DNA from: an uncultured Fibrobacteria bacterium
GTDB lineage: Bacteria > Fibrobacterota > Fibrobacteria > UBA11236
DNA length: 64,000 nt
NCBI GenBank assembly: GCA_963716395.1
Contig: OY970309.1
Location: 2,464,001 to 2,528,000 of the forward strand
Reading direction: 5' to 3'
Part shown: one piece after another, positions 52,340-62,982 of the stretch
Layout: every line of letters begins with the position of its first letter
How positions within the stretch are numbered: position 1 is the stretch's first letter
Notes under the pieces: generated by a model
Told to the model about the DNA's origin: nothing
What the model saw: the letters and a program-made list of their open reading frames with translations, nothing else
Databases searched by the model: none
Program-made: the position numbers and the translations under genes

Positions 52340-52924
52340 TTATTTGACGAGGGTTTGCAATTCCTTGAACTCGGGCGTGCCGGCCTTGCGCAGCCATTCG
52401 AAGATCACCATTTCGGTCGTCACGCGCTGGACTCCCTGCCCTTCGAGCCGGCGCAAGGCGGTGTCGCGATCCACGGCTTTGCGTGAGGCTACGGCGTCTT
52501 CGACCACATAAACCTGGCCGCCCAGGTTTTGCATCACATCCAAGGCGGTCTGCAGAATGCAGACGTGGGTTTCCACGCCGCAGAACACGAATTGATTCCG
52601 CTTCGCGACCCGCACGGCCTGGGCCCATTCGGGCACGTCGAAGGCGCTGAAGGCGAGCTTGGCGAAAACCGGCGTTCCGGGCTTGAGCGCGGCCTTGAGA
52701 TCGCCCACCGTCGGGCCCAGGGCTTGCGGATATTGCTCCGAAACCACGGTGGGCACGCCCAGCCGCGCCGCGGTTTTGGCCAAAATGGCCGCGCGTTTGA
52801 CCACGTCGGCCATGCCCGTCACCACCGGTAAAAACTTTTCCTGCGAGTCGACGACCAGCAGCAACGAGCGGCTCGCATCGAGCAGCAAAGGATTGCGGCG
52901 GTCTTCTTTTTCCGGGAGGAACAT
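52340..52924 (-). CDS. Isochorismatase-family hydrolase
   Basis: LLVVDSQEK, SEQYPQALG, KLAFSA, GVETHVCILQT, EMVIFEW; GGAGA RBS before ATG 52924. Confidence 0.9.
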   Translation of the reverse strand: MFLPEKEDRRNPLLLDASRSLLLVVDSQEKFLPVVTGMADVVKRAAILAKTAARLGVPTVVSEQYPQALGPTVGDLKAALKPGTPVFAKLAFSAFDVPEWAQAVRVAKRNQFVFCGVETHVCILQTALDVMQNLGGQVYVVEDAVASRKAVDRDTALRRLEGQGVQRVTTEMVIFEWLRKAGTPEFKELQTLVK

Positions 52925-53246
52925 GATGTCTCCAAAGCTAATTCGGCCTCCGATGATTGGAAGCTTCCCGGCCCGGTGGTAGGAGGGGAGTGGCCGTTTT
53001 GGAGGGAATGCGGGCACTGGGGCGCGACGTGTTTCTTTCGGGTGAAAAATCCACAAGCCTTTCACCCGGACCCCTTTTTTCCTTGTGCGCAATTCCGGCG
53101 AGCCCGCTATCTTCACCTGGAGTTGCCTCAATGCAGCTCCGCGAAAGCGGAAAAAGGAACGGATTTTAGTGGAAAGTAAACGCACGGATGGCGGTTTTTC
53201 GCCGGCATCGAGTCGCTTCACCGTTTTAAGAAGGAGCGCTTTGCGC

Positions 53247-54611
53247 ATGGGAAAATCGATCCATTTGAACCGATGGCATTTTGTGATGGCCTTCCTGATC
53301 GCATTCGGAATGCAGCAAAAATCACCTTTAGCCGCGACCGGTCCGTGTGATATCTATGCCGCGGGAGGAACTCCGTGTGTCGCCGCCTACAGCACGGTGC
53401 GAGCCCTCTCCAGCACGTACACGGGTCCCCTGTACCAGGTCCGGAAAGCGGGCGGTGGCACGAAGGATATTTCCGATACCAATGGATTCGCAAACTCGGC
53501 GGCGCAAGACGCGTTTTGCGGCACCGACTCCTGTTCGATTTCGATCCTTTATGATCAATCTGGGAAGGGCAACAATCTCATCAAAGCGCCGGCAGGCTGT
53601 TACACCGGGACGGCATCCCTGCCCGATAATGAATCCAACGCCAAAGCCCGCTCCTTGATGGTCAACGGCCATAAAGTCTATGCCCTGTACATGATTCCCC
53701 AGGATGGTTACCGCAACAATACCACCACGGGCATGCCCACCGGCAGCCAGGCGGAGGGCATCTACGAAATTGCGGACGGCAAGCGCTATGGCGGCGCCTG
53801 CTGCTGGGACTTCGGAAATGGGTCGACGAACAATTGCAGCGGCGGTACCGGCAATATGGCTGCGCTCTACTTCGGAACCTCCTACTGGGGCAATGGAGCG
53901 GGCAAGGGGCCCTGGTTCATGGCCGATTTGGAGGCCGGAGTTTGGGCGGGCGGTTCCAATCCGGGCGATCCCGGATGGGGAGCGCTGAGCGGTGCGCACC
54001 CGGCGAATCCGAACAGCCCTTCCGAGACCATGGATTATGCCTTCGGCATTCTCAAGAACAATGCCACGAATTACGCGATTCGCGTCGGAGACGCCCAGTC
54101 CGGAAACCTTACGACAGCCTTCGATGGGAACGTTCCCTCGGTCCTGCATTGGACTCTGAATGGAGCGGTGCTCCTTGGGATCGGCGGCGACAACAGCAAC
54201 TCGTCCTACGGAACTTTCTTTGAAGGCGCCATCACCTCCGGCCGGCCGGCCGATTCCACCGACGCTGCGGTCTTGAAAAACGTCCAGGCCGCCGGTTATG
54301 GGAGCAGCGCTTCGGCGGTGCACTACGACCTGCCCTCCGGCGCGTCGCCGGCATCCCGTTTCCAAATCTCCTACCATCCTTCCCTGGGCAACGCCGTCAT
54401 CCGCTATACCCTGGATGCTTCGCAGCGCGTCACCCTCAATGTTTTCGATCATCGGGGGAAAGTGGTCGCCCGGCTGGTCGACGGCGTGGCTGCGACCGGC
54501 AATCACCAGGCGGTGTGGAATGCCAATCGCGTTTCAGCCGGCATTTACATCGTGAGCCTGGCCATCGACGGGCACACGGAATGGGCGGGGAAAATCGCCG
54601 TCAGCAGATAG
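53247..54611 (+). CDS. Secreted alpha-L-arabinofuranosidase B (GH54) with FlgD/T9SS-like C-terminal domain
   Basis: GPCDIYAAGGTPCVAAYSTVRAL, YDQSG, CCWDFGN, GPWFMADLEAG, LGIGGDNS, GTFFEG; tail VFDHRGKVV...SAGIYIVSL. Confidence 0.92.
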   Translation: MGKSIHLNRWHFVMAFLIAFGMQQKSPLAATGPCDIYAAGGTPCVAAYSTVRALSSTYTGPLYQVRKAGGGTKDISDTNGFANSAAQDAFCGTDSCSISILYDQSGKGNNLIKAPAGCYTGTASLPDNESNAKARSLMVNGHKVYALYMIPQDGYRNNTTTGMPTGSQAEGIYEIADGKRYGGACCWDFGNGSTNNCSGGTGNMAALYFGTSYWGNGAGKGPWFMADLEAGVWAGGSNPGDPGWGALSGAHPANPNSPSETMDYAFGILKNNATNYAIRVGDAQSGNLTTAFDGNVPSVLHWTLNGAVLLGIGGDNSNSSYGTFFEGAITSGRPADSTDAAVLKNVQAAGYGSSASAVHYDLPSGASPASRFQISYHPSLGNAVIRYTLDASQRVTLNVFDHRGKVVARLVDGVAATGNHQAVWNANRVSAGIYIVSLAIDGHTEWAGKIAVSR

Positions 54612-54682
54612 CCGGCGCCGAAACCAACGCGTTCCGGGGCGCGTTCACCTCGTGGCCGAGTCCGCGGCTCCGCTCTTTTTTT

Positions 54683-55285
54683 TCAAGGCAAAGGCAACAC
54701 CACGGCGGTATCCGCCCTTCCAGGCGGTAGCGCAAGCAGCATGATTTTCGGGTTGCCGGGATCGGCCATGGTCCCGATGCCGAGCAAGGGAATGCTGTCC
54801 GCGGAAACATGGGACAAGGTGAAGGCGGCTCCGGTATCGGCGGAATCGCGCAGGGCGTAAGCCTCGGTGCCGGGGATGAAGATGTAGGTCTCCGGCGGGG
54901 TAGAATCCGGCAAGCGCACGATCACCCGCCGGGCCGTATCCAACGCGGCCGCCAGGGTCATGGTGGTGCCGGTCGCCACCGTCACCGCGTGCATCCAGTC
55001 CATGCGCCGCAAGGTGGGGTGCACTACTTCCAACGAATAGCGGCCGGGCGCCATGTCGGGAAAGCCGAAACCGCCGTTCGAGTCCGATAGCATGGTGCGG
55101 GTACGGCCGGTGGGATCGCCCAGGACGGGGTTATAGTCTTCGGGCATAAGCGTGACCCGCGCCGAAGCCACGACCATGCCGTGGTCGCGCACCTGGCCCT
55201 GCACCAAAGCGTTGTCTACGTCGGTGCCTCCGCTGCAGCCGAGAATCCCCGCCACGGCCAGCGCCGCGGGCAGCCGCCGCATCAC
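54683..55285 (-). CDS. Lipoprotein with a carboxypeptidase-regulatory-like domain
   Basis: Lipobox ILGC; GGTDVDN, VTLMPEDYNP, GRYSLEV, YIFIPGT; overlaps the TIGR02147 stop. Confidence 0.72.
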   Translation of the reverse strand: MMRRLPAALAVAGILGCSGGTDVDNALVQGQVRDHGMVVASARVTLMPEDYNPVLGDPTGRTRTMLSDSNGGFGFPDMAPGRYSLEVVHPTLRRMDWMHAVTVATGTTMTLAAALDTARRVIVRLPDSTPPETYIFIPGTEAYALRDSADTGAAFTLSHVSADSIPLLGIGTMADPGNPKIMLLALPPGRADTAVVLPLP

Positions 55286-56133
55286 GCTTCCGTCTCCTGG
55301 GTGAGGGGGAACAGATTGACGTTTAATTGAAACACGGTGCGCGCGCCCGGTTCGGAGGCCGCCAATTCCAGCAGTTCGAAGCGCAGGGCTTCGATGCGCT
55401 TCAAGGCTGTTTCATACCCCTGTCGCGACAGGCTCATCGTCGTGTTGGTCACGCTGCGTCGCTCCTTGGGCAGATGGAATACGGCATTGCGCGCCAGCTC
55501 GGCCATTTGCAGGTGATACGCGCGCGCCGCCACCGACAGGGCCTGTTTCGCGGCCATGTCGCCTGTGGCCAAGGTGCGCTCCTTCGGATGCAGCCGGTGC
55601 TTGGCGTCGCGCTGGACAAAGCCATGGTCGATCAGGAAGGCCAGGGCCGCGCGAATATCGCGCGCTGGCACGGGAAAAACCAGTTGGCGGGCGATCCACG
55701 CGGCGTCTTCCCGGAAATCCGGCAAGGCCGTCATTTCCCGGATGGCCGGCACATACCAATGCCGCAAATAAGCGGCGTCGGAATTTTCCAGCCCGCCGGG
55801 CTGGTTGCGGCGGTGCCGTTGATCGATGCGTTCGAGGTAATGCCGTTTGGCCTCCAGGCTTTTGGACTGCGCGAACTGCACCAGATCCTGAAAGTAGGCC
55901 GCGGCTTCGGTGCCCAGTTCCATGGCCTGGGCCAGTTGCAAGGCGCTTTCGGCCGTCAGGTTTTTTTTCCCCTCCATCACCAGTTTGATGAAGTTCGGCG
56001 AGGAAAACCCCGCGGCTTTGGAAAAGGCGCGGAAGGAATAGCCGGGAGTATTCCGTTTGTGATATTCGTAATAGTCACGCAACCATGCGCGATAATCCGC
56101 ATACAGGAATAAAGCGTCATCCCGCGTCTTCAT
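55282..56133 (-). CDS. TIGR02147 family protein (HTH + DUF4423-like)
   Basis: YADYRAWLRDYY, YSFRAFSKAAGFSSPNFIKLVMEGKKNL, YFQDLVQFAQ, WYVPAIRE, VFQLNVNLFPL. Confidence 0.9.
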   Translation of the reverse strand: MKTRDDALFLYADYRAWLRDYYEYHKRNTPGYSFRAFSKAAGFSSPNFIKLVMEGKKNLTAESALQLAQAMELGTEAAAYFQDLVQFAQSKSLEAKRHYLERIDQRHRRNQPGGLENSDAAYLRHWYVPAIREMTALPDFREDAAWIARQLVFPVPARDIRAALAFLIDHGFVQRDAKHRLHPKERTLATGDMAAKQALSVAARAYHLQMAELARNAVFHLPKERRSVTNTTMSLSRQGYETALKRIEALRFELLELAASEPGARTVFQLNVNLFPLTQETEA

Positions 56134-56191
56134 AGCGAGCACCCCAAGGTAGGATCCGCGCGCCCGGGGCTCCATGGGGCGGCGGGCGCAT

Positions 56192-56294
56192 TGTATTCCA
56201 CATAGTATATAAAAATTATTTGGAATACATAAATGCCCATTTAAATCGATTTAAATTGGATATTTTGCATAATAAATGTATTCTACAGAATTCA
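56192..56294. promoter_or_regulatory. AT-rich divergent control region with TGTATTC-based inverted repeats and an 18-bp palindrome
   Basis: TGTATTCCA-N20-TGGAATACA (56192-56229); ATTTAAATCGATTTAAAT (56239-56256); TGTATTC-taca-GAATTCA (56277-56294). Confidence 0.65.
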
Positions 56295-56316
56295 ATAAAC
56301 CCAATAAGGAGGCAGG

Positions 56317-58161
56317 ATGAATCCTGAATGCAAAGCCACAACCCTGACGCGGTGTATTCTGGGCGCGAGCGCGCTGGCCCTGGGATTGACCGGGTGTATG
56401 ACCGGAAACGGCGATCAGGCCCGAACCAAAACCGTGACCGTCACCGTGATCGACAAGTCCCAAAGCTATGCCAGCTACGAATCCGGCGCGTACGGCATGG
56501 CGCCCACTCCGCCGGGCGATAGTCTGGTCTTCGACTTCGATGCGCCGGTGGGGGCGCGCTTCAGCTTCGCCTCGATGTTCGGCCAAAGCAACGACTGGTT
56601 CTTCGCGCCCGACACCATGGGCATCGCGCTGTACGATTCCTCGGGGCAGCCGATATCCAGTGACGTAACCAGCCAGGTGCGGGTCTGGGACGCGGGCACC
56701 GAGATGGATGAGCCGATCGGACAAGGCCCCAATCAGGCGCCGCGGCAGCCGGCTCCCAACACCGGGCCGGCCGATCCCGACAACCGCGTGCGGCGTGTGC
56801 CGGATTATCCGGTGGGCGTCGCCGGCTCGGCGCCCACGACTCCGGGCGACAGCCTGTCGTTCGAGTTCACCGCGCCCATGGGCACGAGCCTCAGCTTCGC
56901 CACCATGTTCGGCCAGAGCAATGATTGGTTCTTCGCGCCCGACACCGAAGGCATTTCCTTGTGGGACGAAAACGGAAATCCGGTGAGCGGCGACGTGACG
57001 CCGCAGATCAAATTATGGGATGCCGGCACCGAGATGGACGAACCCATCGGCATGGGTCCGAACCAGGCGCCGCGGCAACCGGCGCCCAACACCGGGCCCG
57101 CCGATCCCGACAACAAGGTGCGGCCGGTCGATGATACGGCCTATAACGACGTATCGAAAACCATGCAGGCCATGCTGACTTCGCTCGGCGATGGCACGTT
57201 CCGCCTGACCTTCCACATTCAAGATTCGTCGGTCACCCCGATTTCACCCGTGGTGTATCAGGTGCATCGCGGCCACAACGCCCTGTTCACGCCGGGCATG
57301 CCCGATGCCGGCAAGGGATTGGAACATCTGGCCGAAGACGGCAATCCCATGGCGTTGGCCGCCAGCCTGGCGCCCTATGACTTCGCCGACGCCGGCGCCA
57401 ACATGAAGCTCGCGTTGACTTCCCTGGGGGATGGAAAATTCGAAGCGAAGATCCGCGTGGCCGACGATGGCGTCACGCCCCTGAGTCCGGTTTCATGGTC
57501 GGTGCACAACGGCAGTTCACCGCTGTTCTCACCCGGTCAACCGGCTCCGGATGGACTGGAAAGCCAGGCCGAAGACGGCAACCCTGCGGGTATGGCGGCC
57601 CGACTGGCCTTGTCGACAGGCATCGGCACGCCGCTGTCGCCGGTGGTGTGGGCCGTAGCCGCGGGCCGGCAAAACCTGTTCTTTACCGAAGGCGAGCCCG
57701 ATTACGGGCGGGGGCTCGAAGCCCTGGCCGAAGACGGCAATCCCGCGCCGCTGCACACTTCGCTGCAAGCCATGGGTTTGCAAACGGGCACCGTGGGCAC
57801 GGCTCCGATTGTGGGCGGAGGCGAGTTTTCTTTCGACCTCGACGTGAAGGAGGGCGATACGCTTTTCCTGGCCACAATGTTCGGGCAAAGCAATGACGGG
57901 TTCTATGCGCCCGGCGGCCAGGGCATCGCGCTGTGGGACGGATCGGCCCCCCGTACCGGCAATGTGACGTCGGAAATCCGGTTCTGGGATGCAGGCACCG
58001 AAGCCAATGAACCGCCCGGCGTGGGCGCCAATCAGGCGCCGCGGCAGTCGGCTCCCAACACCGGGCCGGCCGATCCCAACAACAAGGTGCGCATCCATGA
58101 CGACGGCTACTCCTATCCGCCCGTGTCCGATGTGATCGAGGTCGACTTGTCGACGAAATAG
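56317..58161 (+). CDS. Spondin_N domain lipoprotein (three domains, two circularly permuted)
   Basis: AAGGAGG RBS; lipobox LTGC; three copies of MFGQSND...WDAGTE...NQAPRQ and three of PxSP...AEDGNP. Confidence 0.85.
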   Translation: MNPECKATTLTRCILGASALALGLTGCMTGNGDQARTKTVTVTVIDKSQSYASYESGAYGMAPTPPGDSLVFDFDAPVGARFSFASMFGQSNDWFFAPDTMGIALYDSSGQPISSDVTSQVRVWDAGTEMDEPIGQGPNQAPRQPAPNTGPADPDNRVRRVPDYPVGVAGSAPTTPGDSLSFEFTAPMGTSLSFATMFGQSNDWFFAPDTEGISLWDENGNPVSGDVTPQIKLWDAGTEMDEPIGMGPNQAPRQPAPNTGPADPDNKVRPVDDTAYNDVSKTMQAMLTSLGDGTFRLTFHIQDSSVTPISPVVYQVHRGHNALFTPGMPDAGKGLEHLAEDGNPMALAASLAPYDFADAGANMKLALTSLGDGKFEAKIRVADDGVTPLSPVSWSVHNGSSPLFSPGQPAPDGLESQAEDGNPAGMAARLALSTGIGTPLSPVVWAVAAGRQNLFFTEGEPDYGRGLEALAEDGNPAPLHTSLQAMGLQTGTVGTAPIVGGGEFSFDLDVKEGDTLFLATMFGQSNDGFYAPGGQGIALWDGSAPRTGNVTSEIRFWDAGTEANEPPGVGANQAPRQSAPNTGPADPNNKVRIHDDGYSYPPVSDVIEVDLSTK

Positions 58162-58238
58162 CGCCGGCTCGAAATCCGGGTCGGCTGCAAGCATGCGCAG
58201 CCGACCTTTGGAGCCTCTTCAAAGTTCCGGTACGCCGA

Positions 58239-59240
<1,002 letters not shown>

Positions 59241-59325
59241 TTGCGCTGCCTTTCGAAAGGAAAGATTTCTTAATTTAGCAACCCGGCTTCGGTTTCCCAG
59301 TGGCCCGCGCCGCAACGCCCCGATC

Positions 59326-60690
59326 ATGTTCGATCAACTCTCCCAGAAACTCGAAGCGGTCTTCAAGAAGATCCGCGGCCAGCATCAGATCAACGAGGAA
59401 AACGTGGCGGAGTCGCTGCGCGAAATCCGGGTGGCGCTGCTGGCCGCCGATGTGAATTTCCAAGCTGTCAAAGACTTTATCGCGGCCGTCAAAACCAAGG
59501 CTTTGGGCGCCGAAGTACTGCAGGCGGTGTCGCCCGGCCAGATGATAGTGAAAATCCTGCATGACGAGATGGTGGCTTTGCTCGGCGGCGAAGCGGAGGA
59601 GCCGCGCTTTGCCGGCGCGCCTCCGGCGGGCGTGCTCATGATGGGGTTGCAGGGATCGGGCAAAACCACGGCCTGCGGAAAATTGGCCCTGCACCTACGC
59701 GACAAGTGGAAGCGCAAACCTTTTCTCGTGGCCTGCGACGTCTACCGGCCCGCGGCCATCGAGCAGTTGAAGGTGCTGGGTAAACAAATCGGCGTTCCGG
59801 TGTATGACGAAGGCGTGGGCGATCCCGTGCGCATCGCCGAGCACGGTCGGCGGGCCGCGCGCGACGCCGATTGCGACGTGGTGATCTTCGACACGGCCGG
59901 ACGCCTGCAAATCGACGACGATCTCATGGTGGAACTGGAGCGTATCCAGCAGGCGGTGAAGGCGCAGGAACGTTTTTTCGTGGCCGACGCCATGACCGGG
60001 CAAGAGGCCGTCAACGTGGCCAAGGTTTTCAACGACCGGCTCGATTTCACCGGCGTCATTCTCACCAAGATGGATGGTGATGCCCGCGGCGGCGCAGCCC
60101 TGTCGATCAAGTCGGTGACGGGCAAGCCCATCCGTTACATCGGCACGGGCGAAAAACTCGACGCCCTGGAGCTGTTCCACCCCGATCGCGTGGCCTCGCG
60201 CATTCTCGGCATGGGCGATGTGCTGACCCTGGTCGAAAAGGCGCAAGAGGTCTACGACGAAAAGCAGGCCAAACAGTTCGAAAAAAAATTCCTCAAGAAC
60301 AAATTCGACCTCGACGACTTCCTGTCGCAACTGCGACAGATCAAGAAAATGGGATCGGTCAGCGATCTGGTGGCGATGATTCCGGGTATGGGGAAGCTGG
60401 CCGGCACCCAGGTCGACGAAAAGAGATTCGTGCGCGTCGAAGCCGTTCTCTGCTCCATGACGGCGCAAGAACGGCGGCAGCCCAAAATCATCGACGGCAG
60501 CCGTCGCCGGCGCGTGGCCCTGGGCAGCGGCACCTCGCTGCAAGAGGTCAATCAGGTGTTGCGCCAATTCGAGCAGATGCAGAAAATGATGAAGCAGGTT
60601 TCGGGAATGGCCGGCAAGGCCGGGGGGCTGAAGCAATTGCAGCGCATGGTGCAGCAGCGGGGCGGCATGCCCGGTATGCCGGGGTTTTGA
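59326..60690 (+). CDS. ffh: Signal recognition particle protein
   Basis: [44 protein letters not shown], Met-rich M domain. Confidence 0.98.
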   Translation: MFDQLSQKLEAVFKKIRGQHQINEENVAESLREIRVALLAADVNFQAVKDFIAAVKTKALGAEVLQAVSPGQMIVKILHDEMVALLGGEAEEPRFAGAPPAGVLMMGLQGSGKTTACGKLALHLRDKWKRKPFLVACDVYRPAAIEQLKVLGKQIGVPVYDEGVGDPVRIAEHGRRAARDADCDVVIFDTAGRLQIDDDLMVELERIQQAVKAQERFFVADAMTGQEAVNVAKVFNDRLDFTGVILTKMDGDARGGAALSIKSVTGKPIRYIGTGEKLDALELFHPDRVASRILGMGDVLTLVEKAQEVYDEKQAKQFEKKFLKNKFDLDDFLSQLRQIKKMGSVSDLVAMIPGMGKLAGTQVDEKRFVRVEAVLCSMTAQERRQPKIIDGSRRRRVALGSGTSLQEVNQVLRQFEQMQKMMKQVSGMAGKAGGLKQLQRMVQQRGGMPGMPGF

Positions 60691-60740
60691 AAATGGCCGA
60701 CGCTGCGCGTTTTAACGGTTCCCGGGAACTTCAAAAACCC

Positions 60741-60768
60741 TTGCTTTCGGCGGACCTTTTGCTATCCT
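60741..60768 (+). promoter_or_regulatory. Putative promoter of the rpsP operon (TTGCTT-N16-TATCCT, extended -10)
   Basis: Read directly; followed by AGGAGG RBS and TTG start. Confidence 0.5.
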
Positions 60769-60793
60769 TCCCCCTCCAAAGCAGGAGGCCGTT

Positions 60794-61210
60794 TTGGCTG
60801 TTGTCATTCGTTTAGCCCGCATGGGCCACCGTAACCGACCCTTTTACCGCATCACAGTGGCCGATTCCCGTGTGGCGGCTACGGGTAAATTCCTGGAACA
60901 AATCGGATATTACGATCCCATCCAGAATCCGCCGCTGGTGAAGGTGAACGAGGCCAAAGCCTTGCTGTGGCTGAAGAACGGCGCCCAGCCCAGCGATACG
61001 GTGCGCGCTTTGTTGCATCGCCAGGGCATTTTGGAAAAATCGCAATTGATGGCCGCCGGCAAAGCCGATGCCGCCGCTCCGCTTAAGCCGCGGGAATGGG
61101 GCAAGAAAAAAATCAAGGTGCACAAGAAGGCCAAAGAAGCGGCCGCCAAAGCCGCGGCCGAGGCGAAACCCGCCGAAGCCAAACCGGCTGAAGCTGCGCC
61201 GGCCGCTTAA
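60794..61210 (+). CDS. rpsP: 30S ribosomal protein S16 with Ala/Lys-rich tail
   Basis: IRLARMG...PFYRITVADSR...IGYYDP...GAQPSDTV. Confidence 0.97.
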   Translation: MAVVIRLARMGHRNRPFYRITVADSRVAATGKFLEQIGYYDPIQNPPLVKVNEAKALLWLKNGAQPSDTVRALLHRQGILEKSQLMAAGKADAAAPLKPREWGKKKIKVHKKAKEAAAKAAAEAKPAEAKPAEAAPAA

Positions 61211-61326
61211 CGACTCGGGCGCCTGTCGGCCGGGATTCTTGGCCGGCGGGGTGGTGGGTTTTTCCGTCAGCCTTGCGGGAGCGAATCCTTCCAACCCGAA
61301 ATAACGGGACCCGGGAGCTTTATCCC

Positions 61327-61857
61327 ATGGCCGAAATTCCCGAAGACTTGGTGCTGGTGGGACGCTTTCGCAAGCCCTTCGGATTGTTCGGCGAAATCAA
61401 AGTCGATCCCGAAACCTTCGACTTCGAGCGCCACTCCAAGTTGAAATCGGTTTTTTGCCGTCTGCGTGCGAAGGGCGAAATAGCGGCCATGACCGTGCGC
61501 GCCAGCCGCGCCGATAGCCAATTCTGGTATCTGCAATTCGAAAATTGCCATACCCCTGAAGCGGTGGGGCATTTGAGCGGGGGCCAGCTTCTCGTCGCCG
61601 CCGCCGACCGGCTCGAATTGCCGTCGGGCATGGTGTATTTCTCCGACATGCCCGGTTTGGCCGCCGTCGATAGCCAGGGAAATCCGCTGGGAACCGTGCA
61701 GGAGGTGTTGGAGAACGGCGCGCAGGAGTGTTTGATCCTGCTTACACCGCGCGGCGAAGTGGCGGTGCCCTGGAACGATCACTTTGTCCGGCGCATCGAT
61801 TTGGCCGGTAAAGCCGTGGAACTCGACATCTCCGCTCTGCGCGGCATCTTATTCTAA
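61327..61857 (+). CDS. rimM: Ribosome maturation factor RimM
   Basis: VGRFRKPFGLFGEIKV, LGTVQEVLENGAQ, VPW...FVRRIDL; operon position. Confidence 0.92.
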   Translation: MAEIPEDLVLVGRFRKPFGLFGEIKVDPETFDFERHSKLKSVFCRLRAKGEIAAMTVRASRADSQFWYLQFENCHTPEAVGHLSGGQLLVAAADRLELPSGMVYFSDMPGLAAVDSQGNPLGTVQEVLENGAQECLILLTPRGEVAVPWNDHFVRRIDLAGKAVELDISALRGILF

Positions 61858-61859
61858 CC

Positions 61860-62618
61860 ATGCGCATCGATCTCATCGCGCTGTTTCCCGAAACCTTCGC
61901 CGCGCTGGACTCCAGCATTCCGGGGCGGGCGCAAACCATGGGCGCTCTGACGGTGCGCCGCCACGCCTTACGCGATTACGCCATCAACAAGCATGGACAG
62001 GTCGACGACGCGCCTTACGGCGGCGAAGCGGGCATGGTGCTGCGGCCCGAACCCTTGGCGGCGGCCATCGAGGCCGTGTTTGCGAATCTGGGGGCGCGGC
62101 CGCATGTCGTGCTCATGAGCGCCCAGGGCGCGCTGTTGCATCAGGAACGCGTGCTGGCATTGGCTGCGCTGGAAAATCTTCTTATCATTTGCGGCCACTA
62201 TAAAGGCGTCGATCAGCGGATATGCGACGCCTATGTTGACGAAGAAATCAGCATAGGTGACTACGTGGTTTCGGGGGGCGAGCTTCCGGCCATGGTCCTC
62301 TGCGACGCGGTGGCGCGCGTGTTGCCGGGCGTTTTGCACGACGGCGAGTCGGCGGAAACCGATTCGTTTCGCCGGCCGGGCCGGCTGGGTTGGCCGGTGT
62401 ACACGCGTCCGCAGGAGTTTTCGGGACGCGCCGTGCCCGACGTGCTGCTCTCCGGGCATCACGAAAATATTGAGACCTGGCGGCGCCGGGAGAGTTTGAA
62501 ACTGACGCAAAAAAACCGTCCGGATCTGTGGCAACGGCATGCGCCCACCGAAGAGGAAAAACGCCTGCTGGTTCGCACCGAAACCAAGAGCCGGATGGAT
62601 TCGAGAAAGGAAGATTGA
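61860..62618 (+). CDS. trmD: tRNA (guanine37-N1)-methyltransferase
   Basis: [48 protein letters not shown]. Confidence 0.97.
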   Translation: MRIDLIALFPETFAALDSSIPGRAQTMGALTVRRHALRDYAINKHGQVDDAPYGGEAGMVLRPEPLAAAIEAVFANLGARPHVVLMSAQGALLHQERVLALAALENLLIICGHYKGVDQRICDAYVDEEISIGDYVVSGGELPAMVLCDAVARVLPGVLHDGESAETDSFRRPGRLGWPVYTRPQEFSGRAVPDVLLSGHHENIETWRRRESLKLTQKNRPDLWQRHAPTEEEKRLLVRTETKSRMDSRKED

Positions 62619-62619
62619 C

Positions 62620-62982
62620 ATGCACCCCACCGTCGCCACCATCCACCGCAGCGGCCTGCGCGCCGACGTCCCCGAATTCCGCGCGGGCGACACCGTTAGC
62701 GTGGACTTCAAAGTCATCGAAGGCAACAAAGAGCGCATCCAGACTTTTTCCGGCGTGGTGATCCAGCGCCGCGGCTCCGGTATCTCCGAAACCTTCACCG
62801 TGCGCAAGATCTCCAGCAACATTCCGGTGGAGCGCATTTTTCCCCTGCACTCCCCGCGTCTGACCGGTCTCAAGGTGAACCGTCTGGGCAAGGTGCGCCG
62901 CGCTCGATTGTTTTATATGCGTGGTTTACAGGGGAAGGCCGCGCGCATCAAGTCGCGCAAGGAAACCGGCGCCGGGGCCTAG
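62620..62982 (+). CDS. rplS: 50S ribosomal protein L19
   Basis: [45 protein letters not shown]. Confidence 0.97.
   Translation: MHPTVATIHRSGLRADVPEFRAGDTVSVDFKVIEGNKERIQTFSGVVIQRRGSGISETFTVRKISSNIPVERIFPLHSPRLTGLKVNRLGKVRRARLFYMRGLQGKAARIKSRKETGAGA

Noticed and set aside
53039-53160. Hairpins in the GH54 upstream region (CGGGTGAAA...TTTCACCCG; GGAGTTGC...GCAGCTCC; CCGC-GAAA-GCGG) considered as a riboswitch
   Set aside because: They lack the conserved cores of c-di-GMP or other riboswitches I can recognise, and no expression platform is visible. An Rfam scan would be needed.
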